From positions 64,001 through 128,000 of the forward strand of contig CAWDSQ010000013.1 of the NCBI GenBank assembly GCA_963804955.1: a stretch of DNA of 64,000 nucleotides, given 5' to 3'. Shown here piece after piece: positions 39,572 through 49,884 of this stretch; within the stretch, counting starts at the first letter, position 1, and the number at the start of each line of letters is the position of its first letter. The position numbers and the translations under genes were made by a program. This stretch comes from an uncultured delta proteobacterium (lineage in GTDB: Bacteria; Desulfobacterota; WTBG01; CAIYCZ01; CAIRTM01). The notes beneath the pieces are model-generated. The model made no database searches, was not told where the DNA came from, and saw nothing but the letters and a program-made list of their open reading frames with translations.

Positions 39572-41800
39572 TCAGGCATGGATCTCGGCCTTTGCTTTCT
39601 TGATCAGACTGCCCACATCAAGTATCAGGCATACCTCACCGTCGCCCATGATGCAGCAGCCCGAAAGACCTTTCACAGCACCCATATAGTCGGGCAGCCC
39701 TTTAATAACCGTCTGTATCTGACCTATTAATTCATCCACAAACAGGCAAAGCTGCTCGCCCTGATTCTCAACAACGACCAGTATCCCCTCGTAGAGATTC
39801 TCTGTATCCGGCTGTATTGCATGCAGCCGGTAGAGCCGTGACACCTGCAGCAAAGCATCCCGAACCCGCACCACTTCTGTACCGTTGGGTAAAACCGTAA
39901 TATGCTGCTCCTGAGGCCTGAACGATTCCGTAATGGCAAGAAGCGGGATGATGTATTTTGACTGCCCAACCCTGACCAGCATGCCCTCTATGATCGCAAG
40001 CGTAAGAGGGATGCGGAGCATAAATGATGTGCCTTTGCCGGGCATGCTTTTGATATCCACACGCCCTTTTATCTTTTCAAGGTTTTTCTTGACGACATCG
40101 AGCCCCACTCCGCGGCCGGACACGTCTGTAATCAGTTCAGCCGTTGTAAACCCCGGCTCAAATATCAGGCCGTATAAATCCTCATCTTTGACGGCATCGG
40201 GATTTCCGCGCAGAAGTCCTCTTTCAAGGGACTTTTTGACTATCTTCTCGCGGTTCAACCCGCCGCCGTCATCGGATATAAAAATGATCACATCGCCCCC
40301 GTCATGGCGTGCTTCCAATATAATTCTGCCGGTTTCATCTTTGCCGAGTTCCTGGCGGCGGTCAGGCTTTTCCATGCCGTGGTCAATAGCATTTCTGATG
40401 ATATGCACCAGCGGATCGGAAATATGTTCAATAACGGTCTTGTCAACCTCGGTCTCCTCGCCTTTGAGTTCAAGCCGCACCTTTTTCGAAAACTTTATAG
40501 CAAGGTCATGCACGAGGCGTATCATTTTACGAAATGTGCTGGTAAGGGGGACCATCCTGATGGCGAGAGCCACATCCTGAAGATCGGCGCTGATGCGCTC
40601 CAGGTGATGGCACGACTTTTCGAAATTTTCGAGTTCATACCCCTTGTCCCTCAGGTCGGGATTATGGATGACCATCATCTGGGCGATGACCATCTCGCCC
40701 ACCAAATCCATCAGCAGATCAAGCTTTTCAAGATCGACGCGAATATCGCGCCGAAAAATTTTTTGCAGGCCCGCTTTATCCTGTTCGGCAAAGGCGGCCT
40801 CTGCAGCTTCGTCAGGTGACGGCATATCATCCAGGAGTATCTCATCAAAGGTTTTTCCCTGGAGATTTAAAGCCCGGTCAACCTCGCTGGCCGATGCTAT
40901 GCCGCGGGCTATCAAAATCTCACCCAGCTTCATCTTTTTTGACGAAATATCCAAAGACGGGGTCAGGTCACCCAGCAACTCAACCATAAGCTCGCAGCCC
41001 TTGATCACGCCGTTTCCGCCATGGGACACGTCGGCTACGGCGCTGCGAATGGAATCCATCGTACGCATGATAATGGAAATGTTCTGATCAGTGGCCGCAA
41101 CCGCGCCGGACTTCATGCATTCCAGAACATTTTCAATACTGTGGCTCAGTCGCTCGAGGTCGGCCAAACCCATAAACCCGCAATTGCCCTTGAAGCTGTG
41201 TATGCTGCGAAATGCCGTATCAAGGCTCTCCTGCCTGTTGCCGGACCGGTCAAGCTCAAGCAGCGACTGCTCCACGGTGTCCAGCATCTCATCGGATTCC
41301 TGTATGTAGTTCTGACGCATTTCGGGCGTAATGGTCATGCCAGGCTGCTGCGGAGCATCCGGTTCACAAGCTGCGGACGCCGGTTCGTCGAAAGCTGCTG
41401 CTGCAAGTTCATCGGAAAATGAATTGACCGGGTCTTCAAAACCGCGATCATGGCCCAGCTCTTCAATCGCCTGCAGCAGAGTGCGCAAAAAATCACAGAC
41501 GCGGCAGAGGAGATCGGTTCGGGCGGTCGTGAGCATGATCCTGCCGTCGCGTACTATGTTCAGCATCCCCTCAGCTTCATGGGTCAGCCTCGCCACATTG
41601 CGCAGATTGAGAAATCCGGCAGCACCCTTGAGCGAATGAAACAGGCGAAAAACCGAGTTGAGCTTATCAACATCGGCGCTGCCGCCCTCCTCGCAGGATT
41701 TATGCAGTTCGATAAGATCGGGTTCGAGATCATCCAGAAGCTCGTGACCGTCTGCCACAAATCCCTGCACCATTTCGCGATCTTCTTCAAATTGAGTCAT
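39572..41800 (-). CDS. cheA: Chemotaxis histidine kinase with two Hpt domains and an MshEN-like motif
   Basis: FRLFHSLKG and FRSIHSFKG; KLGEILIARG..ALNLQ; DPLVHIIRNAIDHG; SGRGVGLDVV; CheW domain. Confidence 0.96.
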   Translation of the reverse strand: MTQFEEDREMVQGFVADGHELLDDLEPDLIELHKSCEEGGSADVDKLNSVFRLFHSLKGAAGFLNLRNVARLTHEAEGMLNIVRDGRIMLTTARTDLLCRVCDFLRTLLQAIEELGHDRGFEDPVNSFSDELAAAAFDEPASAACEPDAPQQPGMTITPEMRQNYIQESDEMLDTVEQSLLELDRSGNRQESLDTAFRSIHSFKGNCGFMGLADLERLSHSIENVLECMKSGAVAATDQNISIIMRTMDSIRSAVADVSHGGNGVIKGCELMVELLGDLTPSLDISSKKMKLGEILIARGIASASEVDRALNLQGKTFDEILLDDMPSPDEAAEAAFAEQDKAGLQKIFRRDIRVDLEKLDLLMDLVGEMVIAQMMVIHNPDLRDKGYELENFEKSCHHLERISADLQDVALAIRMVPLTSTFRKMIRLVHDLAIKFSKKVRLELKGEETEVDKTVIEHISDPLVHIIRNAIDHGMEKPDRRQELGKDETGRIILEARHDGGDVIIFISDDGGGLNREKIVKKSLERGLLRGNPDAVKDEDLYGLIFEPGFTTAELITDVSGRGVGLDVVKKNLEKIKGRVDIKSMPGKGTSFMLRIPLTLAIIEGMLVRVGQSKYIIPLLAITESFRPQEQHITVLPNGTEVVRVRDALLQVSRLYRLHAIQPDTENLYEGILVVVENQGEQLCLFVDELIGQIQTVIKGLPDYMGAVKGLSGCCIMGDGEVCLILDVGSLIKKAKAEIHA

Positions 41801-42363
41801 GAGAGCCTCATTGTTTGTGATGTGTACTTGGATCTTCAGGCATAAAAATCATCCCCGACGGGCAAAATGCACCGCCGGCAGACACATGATTCCTTCTGCC
41901 GCACAATAAAAAACAGACGTCAGGCGAAAGGCTTTTCTGTTAAGCCAGGAATGGCGGCGGCACCTGGCAGCAGGGCAACAACAGCGCAACGTAGACTGCA
42001 TGCTGCCATCTCAGAAAAAAGTCTTTGCGCCATGCTTGTTCGTCAACCAGTAGTCATAGGATGCGCCTCCGACTGCACTGAGCATCTGCTTTTCATAAGC
42101 ATTGCATTGGATATAAATTTAATAATATAAACAACAATAGAATACAATGACTAATATAATCTTAGTACGGATAATTTTTATTTTTAGCTTATAGTACGTG
42201 CTGATGTCTTTTTTGTTTGTCCTGCAAAAAAAAACAAACACCGGACATGTATTTTTTAGTTTTTAGTCAAAAAAAAAGAGCTTCGAAGCTCCTTTTTACT
42301 TACATGCACAGCATCATATCTAAAATGCTGCATCTGTATGCTCAGCAGTCATGGCGCAGAATC

Positions 42364-44091
42364 TCATTTCTTTCCCTTCTTGATTTTAGCCCATTCATCC
42401 TTGAGTGTAACGGTACGATTAAAAACCGGATTGCCGGCAGCCGAATCAACCCTGTCGACACAGAAATAACCCAGTCGTTCAAACTGGTACAGGTCACCCA
42501 CCCGTGCCGACGTCAGGCTCGGCTCAAGGCGGCACCCTGCAATAACCTCCATGGAGGCAGCATTAAGATGGTCCTTATAGTCCTTACCCTCACTGTCATC
42601 GCTGGGGTCGGGCACGGTGAACAGCTTCTCGTAAAGCCGCACCTGTGCCTCAACAGCATGGCTGGCCGACACCCAGTGCAGGGTTGCCTTCACCTTGCGG
42701 CCGTCTGGAGCATCGCCTCCTCTGGTTGCCTGATCATAGGTGCAGTGAAGCGCCGTAATTTCACCCGTGACTGAGTCCTTTTCAACACGATCACACTTGA
42801 TAAAAAAGGCATACCGGAGACGTACCTCGCGTCCCGGCGCAAGACGGAAAAACTCCTTGGGCGGATTTTCCATAAAATCGTCCCGCTCGATAAACAGTTC
42901 GCGGGAAAAAGGAACCATGCGCGTACCGGCAGCCGGGTCGTCAGGATTGTTAATGGCCTGCAGCTCATCCACCTTGTCTTCAGGATAATTGTCAATAATC
43001 ACGCGCAGGGGACGAAGCACTGCCATGACGCGCTGCGCGCGTTTATTCAGATCTTCGCGCAGGCAGTGCTCAAGCAGAGCCATGTCAACCGTGCTGTCGC
43101 GCTTGGCCACACCGATACGGTCGCAGAAGCTGCGAATAGACTCTGGCGTATATCCCCGGCGGCGCATGCCCGACAGCGTCGGCATGCGAGGATCGTCCCA
43201 GCCCGATACAAGCCCCTGCTGCACGAGCTCGAGCAAACGCCGCTTGCTCATAACCGTATAGGTAATATTCAGACGTGCGAATTCTACCTGCTGCGGATGG
43301 GCAAGCTCTGCAAGCTGGTCGAGAAACCAGTCATACAGGGGCCGGTGGTCTTCAAACTCAAGCGTGCAAATGGAATGCGTGATGCCCTCCAGCGCATCGG
43401 AAACGCAGTGTGCGTAATCATACATGGGGTACATGCACCAGGCAGTGCCCGTCCGGTGATGCTCGGCCCGCAGAATCCGGTACATGATCGGGTCGCGCAA
43501 ATTGAAATTGGGCGATGCCATATCGATCTTTGCCCGCAGCGTGCGGCTGCCGTCGGGAAACTCGCCCGCGCGCATGCGGCTGAAAAGATCCAGATTCTCT
43601 TCAATACTGCGGCCGCGGTAAGGGCTGGCAATGCCGGGCTCGGCAGGCGTTCCGCGATGCTGCCGCACCTGGTCGGGCGTCAGGTCGCAAACAAAAGCCT
43701 TGCCGAGCCTGATGAGTTCAACGGCATACTGGAAGAGTTTCTCAAAATAATCCGATGCATAAAACTCGCGCTCGTCCCAGTCAAAACCGAGCCACCGCAC
43801 ATCCTCCCGGATGGAGTCGACATACTCTGTGTCTTCCCTGCTCGGATTGGTATCGTCAAACCGCAGATTGCATTTCCCCTTGTAATCCCGGGCTATGCCG
43901 AAATTAAGACAAATGGACTTGGCATGCCCGATATGCAGATAGCCGTTGGGCTCGGGCGGAAAACGGGTATGCACACGGCTGTCGTTTTTGCCTGTGCGCA
44001 AATCTTCATCGATAATGTCGCGTATGAAATTTGAAGCGGCAGGAACGCTGTTTTGATCTGTTGTTTCTTTGACTGCATCGAAAGACGGCAT
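42364..44091 (-). CDS. glnS: Glutamine--tRNA ligase
   Basis: [36 protein letters not shown]. Confidence 0.97.
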   Translation of the reverse strand: MPSFDAVKETTDQNSVPAASNFIRDIIDEDLRTGKNDSRVHTRFPPEPNGYLHIGHAKSICLNFGIARDYKGKCNLRFDDTNPSREDTEYVDSIREDVRWLGFDWDEREFYASDYFEKLFQYAVELIRLGKAFVCDLTPDQVRQHRGTPAEPGIASPYRGRSIEENLDLFSRMRAGEFPDGSRTLRAKIDMASPNFNLRDPIMYRILRAEHHRTGTAWCMYPMYDYAHCVSDALEGITHSICTLEFEDHRPLYDWFLDQLAELAHPQQVEFARLNITYTVMSKRRLLELVQQGLVSGWDDPRMPTLSGMRRRGYTPESIRSFCDRIGVAKRDSTVDMALLEHCLREDLNKRAQRVMAVLRPLRVIIDNYPEDKVDELQAINNPDDPAAGTRMVPFSRELFIERDDFMENPPKEFFRLAPGREVRLRYAFFIKCDRVEKDSVTGEITALHCTYDQATRGGDAPDGRKVKATLHWVSASHAVEAQVRLYEKLFTVPDPSDDSEGKDYKDHLNAASMEVIAGCRLEPSLTSARVGDLYQFERLGYFCVDRVDSAAGNPVFNRTVTLKDEWAKIKKGKK

Positions 44092-44186
44092 GCTGATTCC
44101 TCATTATTTTTTTATCATTTGACCAGATACGCCCGTAAGAGACGGCTTTAAAAAACTGTCTCTGCATATTTTTTAATTACAATTCA

Positions 44187-45498
44187 TTAAGCCTTAAAAA
44201 CTTTTTCATGGGCCTGCCGGTACACATTGCGTGTATCGAGAATAAGCTTCGCATGGGCCAGTATTTCATCATAGGCAAAACAGCTGTGATCCGTCACCAC
44301 CAGCACCAAATCATATGAGGCAATGGCTGCAGGGCTATAAGCATATAGAGCGCAGTTTCATATCGGGAAAATGACGGTGCGGCCCGGTTTCAGGGATAAA
44401 CGGATCATAGTAGTCAACGAGACCTCCCTGCTCGGCAATAAGGTCGTGAAGCGTCAGCGCAGGGCTTTCCCGAACGTCGTCGATGTCTTTTTTATAGGCC
44501 ACGCCCAGCAGCAGAATACGGCTTCCGCGCAGAGATTTGTTATGATAGTTGAGTGCGGCGTATACCTTCTGAAGCACAAAGTACGGCTGCCTGGTATTGA
44601 TTTCACCGGCCAGTTCGATGAAGCGGGTTGTAAACTCATACTCTTTAGCCTTCCAGGTCAGATAGTACGGATCTATGGGAATGCAGTGCCCGCCGAGCCC
44701 GGGGCCCGGATAAAAAGCCTGGAAGCCGAACGGCTTGCTTTTTGCCGCGTCGATAACCTCCCAGACATTGATGCCCATGCGGTCAAAGAGCATTTTCAGC
44801 TCATTGACCATGGCTATATTGACCGCGCGGTAGGTATTCTCAAGTATCTTAGACGCCTCGGCTACTTTGGGTGTTGAAACCCTGACAGTCGTCACTATTT
44901 CACGGTACAGGCAGTCGACTACCTCAAGGCAGTCCGGCGTCACACCGCTGACGATCTTGGGAATCGTGCCGGTCGAAAAATCCTTATTTCCCGGATCTTC
45001 CCGCTCAGGGGAGTACCCGAGATAATAGTCCACACCGACCTTCAGTCCCGTTGCCTCAAGAATCGGCAGCATATCATCCTCTGTCGTTCCGGGATAGGTG
45101 GAGCTTTCAAGCACAACCACCTGCTCGGCTCGCAGATGCTGCGCTATGCTGCGGGTGGAATTAAGAACATATGACAGGTCTGGATTGCGGTGCTTGCCCA
45201 AAGGGGTCGGCACGCAAATGATTATATAGTCGACGTCGGCAAGCCGTGCAAAATCCGTCGTAGCTGTCAGTTTTTTTGTTTCAAGAACATGTTTTTTTAA
45301 AAAATCATCCTGAATATGCTTGATATAACTTTCACCGCTGTTAATCTTTTCAACCTTGCTGCTGTCAACATCAAAGCCGCAAACAGTAAAGCCCTCTTTG
45401 AGAAACTCACGGGCAAGAGGCAGCCCGACATAGCCAAGCCCGATTATGCCGACAACTGCCTCGCGGGCAGCAACTTTACTGCAAAGCTTACTTTTCAT
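44187..45498 (-). CDS. Nucleotide-sugar dehydrogenase (UDP-GlcNAc/UDP-ManNAc 6-dehydrogenase type), indel near 44343
   Basis: GLGYVGLP, CVPTP, ESSTYPGTT, SPEREDPG, GGHCIPIDP, RESP; shifted tail VTDH..DTRN. Confidence 0.92.
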
Positions 45499-45570
45499 AG
45501 TTCCCCCATAAAAATTAATTATAAAAAAATTTAAATTAATGCGAGCTGAAATTTATTTCAAGTTATCAGT

Positions 45571-45701
45571 GATGGTTTCATAAAAAGTCCGAAACTGTCA
45601 CCCTGAACGAAGTGAAGGGTCTCGTAACTGCTGCAAAAACGAGATTCTTCGCTCCGCTCAGAATGACAAAATAGTGTTTTTTGACTTTTTACGAAAGTAT
45701 C
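45571..45701. mobile_element. 131-bp MITE with 19-bp imperfect terminal inverted repeats and 6-bp target duplication, carrying an internal palindromic repeat
   Basis: GATGGTTTCATAAAAAGTC / GACTTTTTACGAAAGTATC flanked by ATCAGT on both sides; internal GTCACCCTGAACGAAGTGAAGGGTCT..AGATTCTTCGCTCCGCTCAGAATGAC. Confidence 0.8.
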
Positions 45702-45821
45702 ATCAGTTAGTGATTTTTCTTATCACATTCCTTCTCTTCTGTCACCTGAAGTCGCAATTTTTTCAGAATAGTAGATTAATGTTAACCGCTCTGTCAGTTT
45801 TTTATTTAGGATGCAAACAAG

Positions 45822-45850
45822 TTGACGAAAAAAATACCCTGTGATAATTT
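45822..45850 (+). promoter_or_regulatory. Candidate sigma70 promoter of the fdh operon
   Basis: TTGACG-N17-TAATTT with an extended -10 TG. Confidence 0.45.
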
Positions 45851-45856
45851 ATATGA

Positions 45857-45926
45857 GGTTTCCGAGTCCGCCCCCGGCGGACCGATAAGGTTGAGCTTGG
45901 CTCAGCCCGCCATTTTGCAAAGGAAG
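45857..45926 (+). ncRNA. Structured 5' leader; candidate Moco/Wco (tungsten-cofactor) riboswitch-like aptamer
   Basis: TTCC/GGAA closing stem; hairpins GTCCGCC-CCC-GGCGGAC and GGTTGAGC-TTG-GCTCAGCC; 3' GCCCGCCATTTTGCAAAGG; overlaps a terminator upstream of fdh. Confidence 0.45.
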
Positions 45927-45966
45927 CCTGCAGGCGTCGTTTGCCTTCAGGCTTTTTTTATTTTTA
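45924..45966 (+). terminator. Intrinsic terminator (attenuator) in the fdh leader
   Basis: AAGCCTGCAGGC-loop-GCCTTCAGGCTT followed by TTTTATTTTT, about 40 nt before the ATG. Confidence 0.7.
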
Positions 45967-46002
45967 TACGGCAATCAATACTAACCCAAGGAGGACACCA
46001 GG

Positions 46003-49000
46003 ATGAACATCACACGAAGGGGATTTCTCAAAATCTCCGGGGGCGCGGTGGCAGCCGGCAGTCTCGGGCTGAACCTCGCAGAGGTCCAGGCCAGTGCCGC
46101 AAACACCAAAATCACGTCGGCCAAGGAAACGACGACCGTATGCCCGTACTGTTCAGTCGGGTGCAGCATTATCGTGCACACGCAGAACGGGAAAGTGGTC
46201 AATACCGAAGGCGACCCCGATTCACCCATTAACCAGGGCAGCCTGTGCAGCAAGGGCATGTCGGTGTACCAGCTTACACATGTCAACCCGGGCCGCCTGA
46301 CAAAACCCCTCTACCGCGCGCCCAAAAGCGACAAGTGGGAGGAAAAGTCCTGGGAGTGGATGCTTGAAAAAATCGCGCACAATATCAAAAAGAGCCGCGA
46401 CGAAAGCTTCAAGACGGCCAATGCCAAGGGTGAAACCGTCAACCGCACTGAGGGCATCGCCTCTGTCGGCAGCGCAGCCATGGACAATGAAGAGTGCTTC
46501 ATTTATCAAAAATTTCTCAGGAGCCTGGGTCTCGTCTATATCGAGCACCAGGCCCGGATATGACACTCCGCAACTGTAGCGGCTCTGGCAGAGTCGTTTG
46601 GACGCGGTGCAATGACCAATCACTGGATCGATTTCCGCAACAGTGACTGCATTCTGGTTATGGGCAGCAACCCTGCCTGTAACCACCCGGTTGCATTCAA
46701 ATGGATACAGAAAGCTATTGATAACGGCGCTAAGCTTATCTGCGTTGATCCCCGGTTCACGCAAACCGCCGCAAAATCACATATCTATGCCCCGCTGCGC
46801 TCGGGCACTGACATTGCTTTCCTGGGCGGCATGATAAAGTACATCCTCGATAACAAGCTCTACTTTGAAGAGTATGTGCGCGAGTACACTAATGCAGGCT
46901 TTCTGGTGAATCCCGACCTCAAACTTCCGGGCGACAATGACGGCGTATTCTCCGGCTTGTCCGGAACTAAAGCAAAAGAAGGCTTTGTTAGCGGAAAGTA
47001 TGACAAGGCAACCTGGACGTTCCAGATGAACGATGACGGTACGGCAAAAAAAGATCCGGCCATGCAGGACCCCAACTGCGTGCTGCAGCTTTTAAAAAAG
47101 CATTACAGCCGCTACACGCCTGAAAAGGTCGTAGAGATCACCGGGACGCCGAAAGATAAGCTGCTTGAAATCTACAAAGCCTACGGAGCAACAGGCAAGC
47201 CCGACAAGGCGGGCACTGAGCTGTATGCCATGGGCTGGACCCAGCATACTGTAGGCGTGCAGAACATCCGGGCAATGTCAATTATCCAGCTGCTGCTGGG
47301 AAACATGGGCATTGCCGGCGGCGGCATAAATGCAATGCGCGGCGAGTCTAACGTGCAAGGGCTCGACCGACCACGGCCTGCTGTTTCACATTCTGCCCGG
47401 GTATCTTCAGACTCCGAATGCCTCACTGCCGAGCCTGGCCGCCTACAATGAAAAGAACACCCCAAAGACAAAAGAGCCGCAAAGTGTCAACTGGTGGAGC
47501 AATAAGCCCAAATACATGGCGAGCCTGCTGCGTTCCTTCTATGACCAGGGGTTGCCGCTTGAGGATGCCTATGCTTTGATGCCCAAAATTGATGACGGCG
47601 CCAACTACTCCTGGCTGACCATTTTCGATAAAATGTACAAAGGCCAGTTTTCCGGCTTCTTTGCCTGGGGCCAGAACCCGGCATGTTCGGGCGCCAATTC
47701 CAATAAGGTGCGGCAGGCTCTGGCAAAGCTGAAGTGGATGGTGAATGTAAACCTGTTTTCAAACGAAACCGGAGACTTCTGGATGGGTCCGGGCATGAAC
47801 CCTGCAGAAATCGACACTGAGGTCTTTATGCTGCCCTGCGCTGCGTCCATGGAAAAAGAAGGCAGCATCAGCAACAGCGGCCGCTGGATGCAGTGGCGTT
47901 ACAAGGCCACAAATCCGCCGGGAGAGGCCATGCCCGATGGCGAGATCATCAGCGAGCTCTATCACAAGATGCGCAAGCTGTATGAAAAGGATGGCGGCGC
48001 CCTGCCCGACCCCATACTGAAGCTGACCTGGAATTACGGCAATCCGGCCAGACATGGCAAGGAGGCGCTCTTTGATCCGCATGCGGTTGCCAAAGAGATC
48101 AACGGCTATTTCCTCGAGGACAAGGAAATAAATGGCGTTCTTTATAAAAAAGGCACGCTGGTGCCGGCCTTCCCGCTTCTCCAGGATGACGGCTCGACCT
48201 CTTCGGGCTGCTGGGTCTATTGCGCTTCCTATACCGAAAAAGGCAATATGGCTGCACGGCGCGGCAAGGAAGACCCCACCGGCCTCGGCATGTACCCCAA
48301 CTGGTCATGGGCATGGCCGGTGAACAGGCGCATCATTTATAATCGTGCGTCGGTAGATAAAAACGGCGCAACCTGGGCCCCGAAAAAGCCGGTCATTCAG
48401 TGGAATGCCGAAAAGAAAGCCTGGGTCGGCGATATTCCTGACGGCCCCGCCCCGCCGCTTGCAACCGAAGGCGGAAAGCTGCCCTTCATCATGAAGCCTG
48501 ACGGTATCGGGAGTATTTTCGGCCCCGGTCTGGCCGACGGACCGTTTCCCGAGCACTATGAACCCCTTGAGTGCCCCATCGATAAGAACCCGCTGTCGCC
48601 GCAGTTCGTCAACCCCACGGTCAAGCGCTGGGAAAAGGACGGCGTGCCTGATCTTGACAAGCGCGCAACCTGCGATCCGCGCTATCCCATCGTCTGCACC
48701 ACGTACCGCGTCAGCGAGCACTGGCAGACCGGTGTGATGACGCGCTGGACGCCGTGGCTGCTTGAAATGCAGCCCGAAATGTTTGTCGAGATGAGCCGCG
48801 AGCTTGCAGAGCTCAAGGGCCTGAAAAACGGCGAGCGCGTCATGGTACGGTCAGCCCGCGGCGAGGTCAATGCCGTTGCCATCGTAACGCCCCGGTTCAA
48901 GCCCTTTACCATTGCAGGACAGCTCGTGCATGAAGTGGGCATACCGTGGCACTATGGCTGGCGCTATCCCGACCCTGAAAAGAAAGAGCTCCGCAGCGCC

Positions 49001-49093
49001 AACCTGCTCACCCCGAGCATCGGCGACCCCAACACCATGATTCCCGAATCCAAAGCGTTCATGGTTGATGTGGTCAGAAAGGAGGGCAAATAA
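46003..49093 (+). CDS. fdnG: Formate dehydrogenase alpha subunit (FdnG/FdhA type), Tat-exported, with selenocysteine at TGA 46561-46563; indel near 47358
   Basis: TRRGFLK; CPYCSVGC; EHQARI-U-HSATV..GRGAMTNHW; RGESNVQG; FPEHYEP; PESKAF. Confidence 0.95.
46578..46598 (+). promoter_or_regulatory. Bacterial SECIS hairpin
   Basis: AGCGGCTCT-GGC-AGAGTCGTT starts 15 nt after the in-frame TGA, with G in the apical loop. Confidence 0.8.
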
Positions 49094-49884
49094 TGAGCGA
49101 AAAAATAATGCTTGTAGACCTTTCCAAGTGTACGGCCTGCCGCTCCTGTCAGGTGGCATGCAAAAACTGGAACGGCCTGCCCGCGGTACCGACGATTAAC
49201 CGCGGCACCTACCAGAACCCGCCTGACCTCAACGCGAAGACCTATACGCTGATTCGGTTTCAGGAACTGGAGGCCGAAAACGGCGCCATCAAGTGGCTGT
49301 TCCGCAATGACAAATGTTTTCACTGCACCGACGCGGGCTGCATGAAGGCCTGCCCGGTGCCCGGCTGCATCACCAGAACAGAGTCGGGAGCGGTGGTGCT
49401 TGACAGCACAAAATGCATCGGCTGCAAATACTGCTACCATGCCTGCCCGTTTTCGGTGCCGCAGTTTGATGCTGACACGGAGAAAATGTACAAGTGCCAC
49501 TGGTGCCATGACCGGCAGGCAGAGGGCCGTATTCCTGCCTGCGCGAAAGCCTGCCCGACCGGTGCCATCACCTTCGGCGACAAGGACGCCATGATGACAC
49601 AGGCTTACAAGCGCGCCAAAGACCTGGGCGGCGATGCCAGTGTGTACGGCGACAAGCACCTGGACGGCACCCACGTGGTCTATGTGCTCACGGAAAAGCC
49701 GGAGATATATGACCATCTTCCTGCAGATCCCAAAATTTCTCCTGCCATATTCCTGTGGAAGGATGTGCTGAAACCATTCTCAATGCTGAGTTTCCTGGGC
49801 GGTTTGGGCGCATGCGCTCTCTATTATCTGATCAAAGGTCCCAAGCGGCCCAAGTTTGAAGAAGGAGGTGAAAAACATGAGTAG
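49093..49884 (+). CDS. fdnH: Formate dehydrogenase iron-sulfur (beta) subunit with C-terminal TM helix
   Basis: CTACRSCQVACK, GTYQNPPDL, CFHC, CIGCKYC, KCHWC, PACAKACP. Confidence 0.93.
   Translation: MSEKIMLVDLSKCTACRSCQVACKNWNGLPAVPTINRGTYQNPPDLNAKTYTLIRFQELEAENGAIKWLFRNDKCFHCTDAGCMKACPVPGCITRTESGAVVLDSTKCIGCKYCYHACPFSVPQFDADTEKMYKCHWCHDRQAEGRIPACAKACPTGAITFGDKDAMMTQAYKRAKDLGGDASVYGDKHLDGTHVVYVLTEKPEIYDHLPADPKISPAIFLWKDVLKPFSMLSFLGGLGACALYYLIKGPKRPKFEEGGEKHE

Noticed and set aside
41990..42050. c-di-GMP-I riboswitch upstream of cheA (minus strand GGCGCAAAG..ATGGCAGC)
   Set aside because: The upstream GGCAAA/GNRA stem and a convincing second stem are missing.
47330..47451. Programmed frameshifting or a naturally split Fdh alpha subunit
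   Set aside because: No slippery site; a single extra G in the conserved NVQGSTD motif matches the window-wide error pattern.
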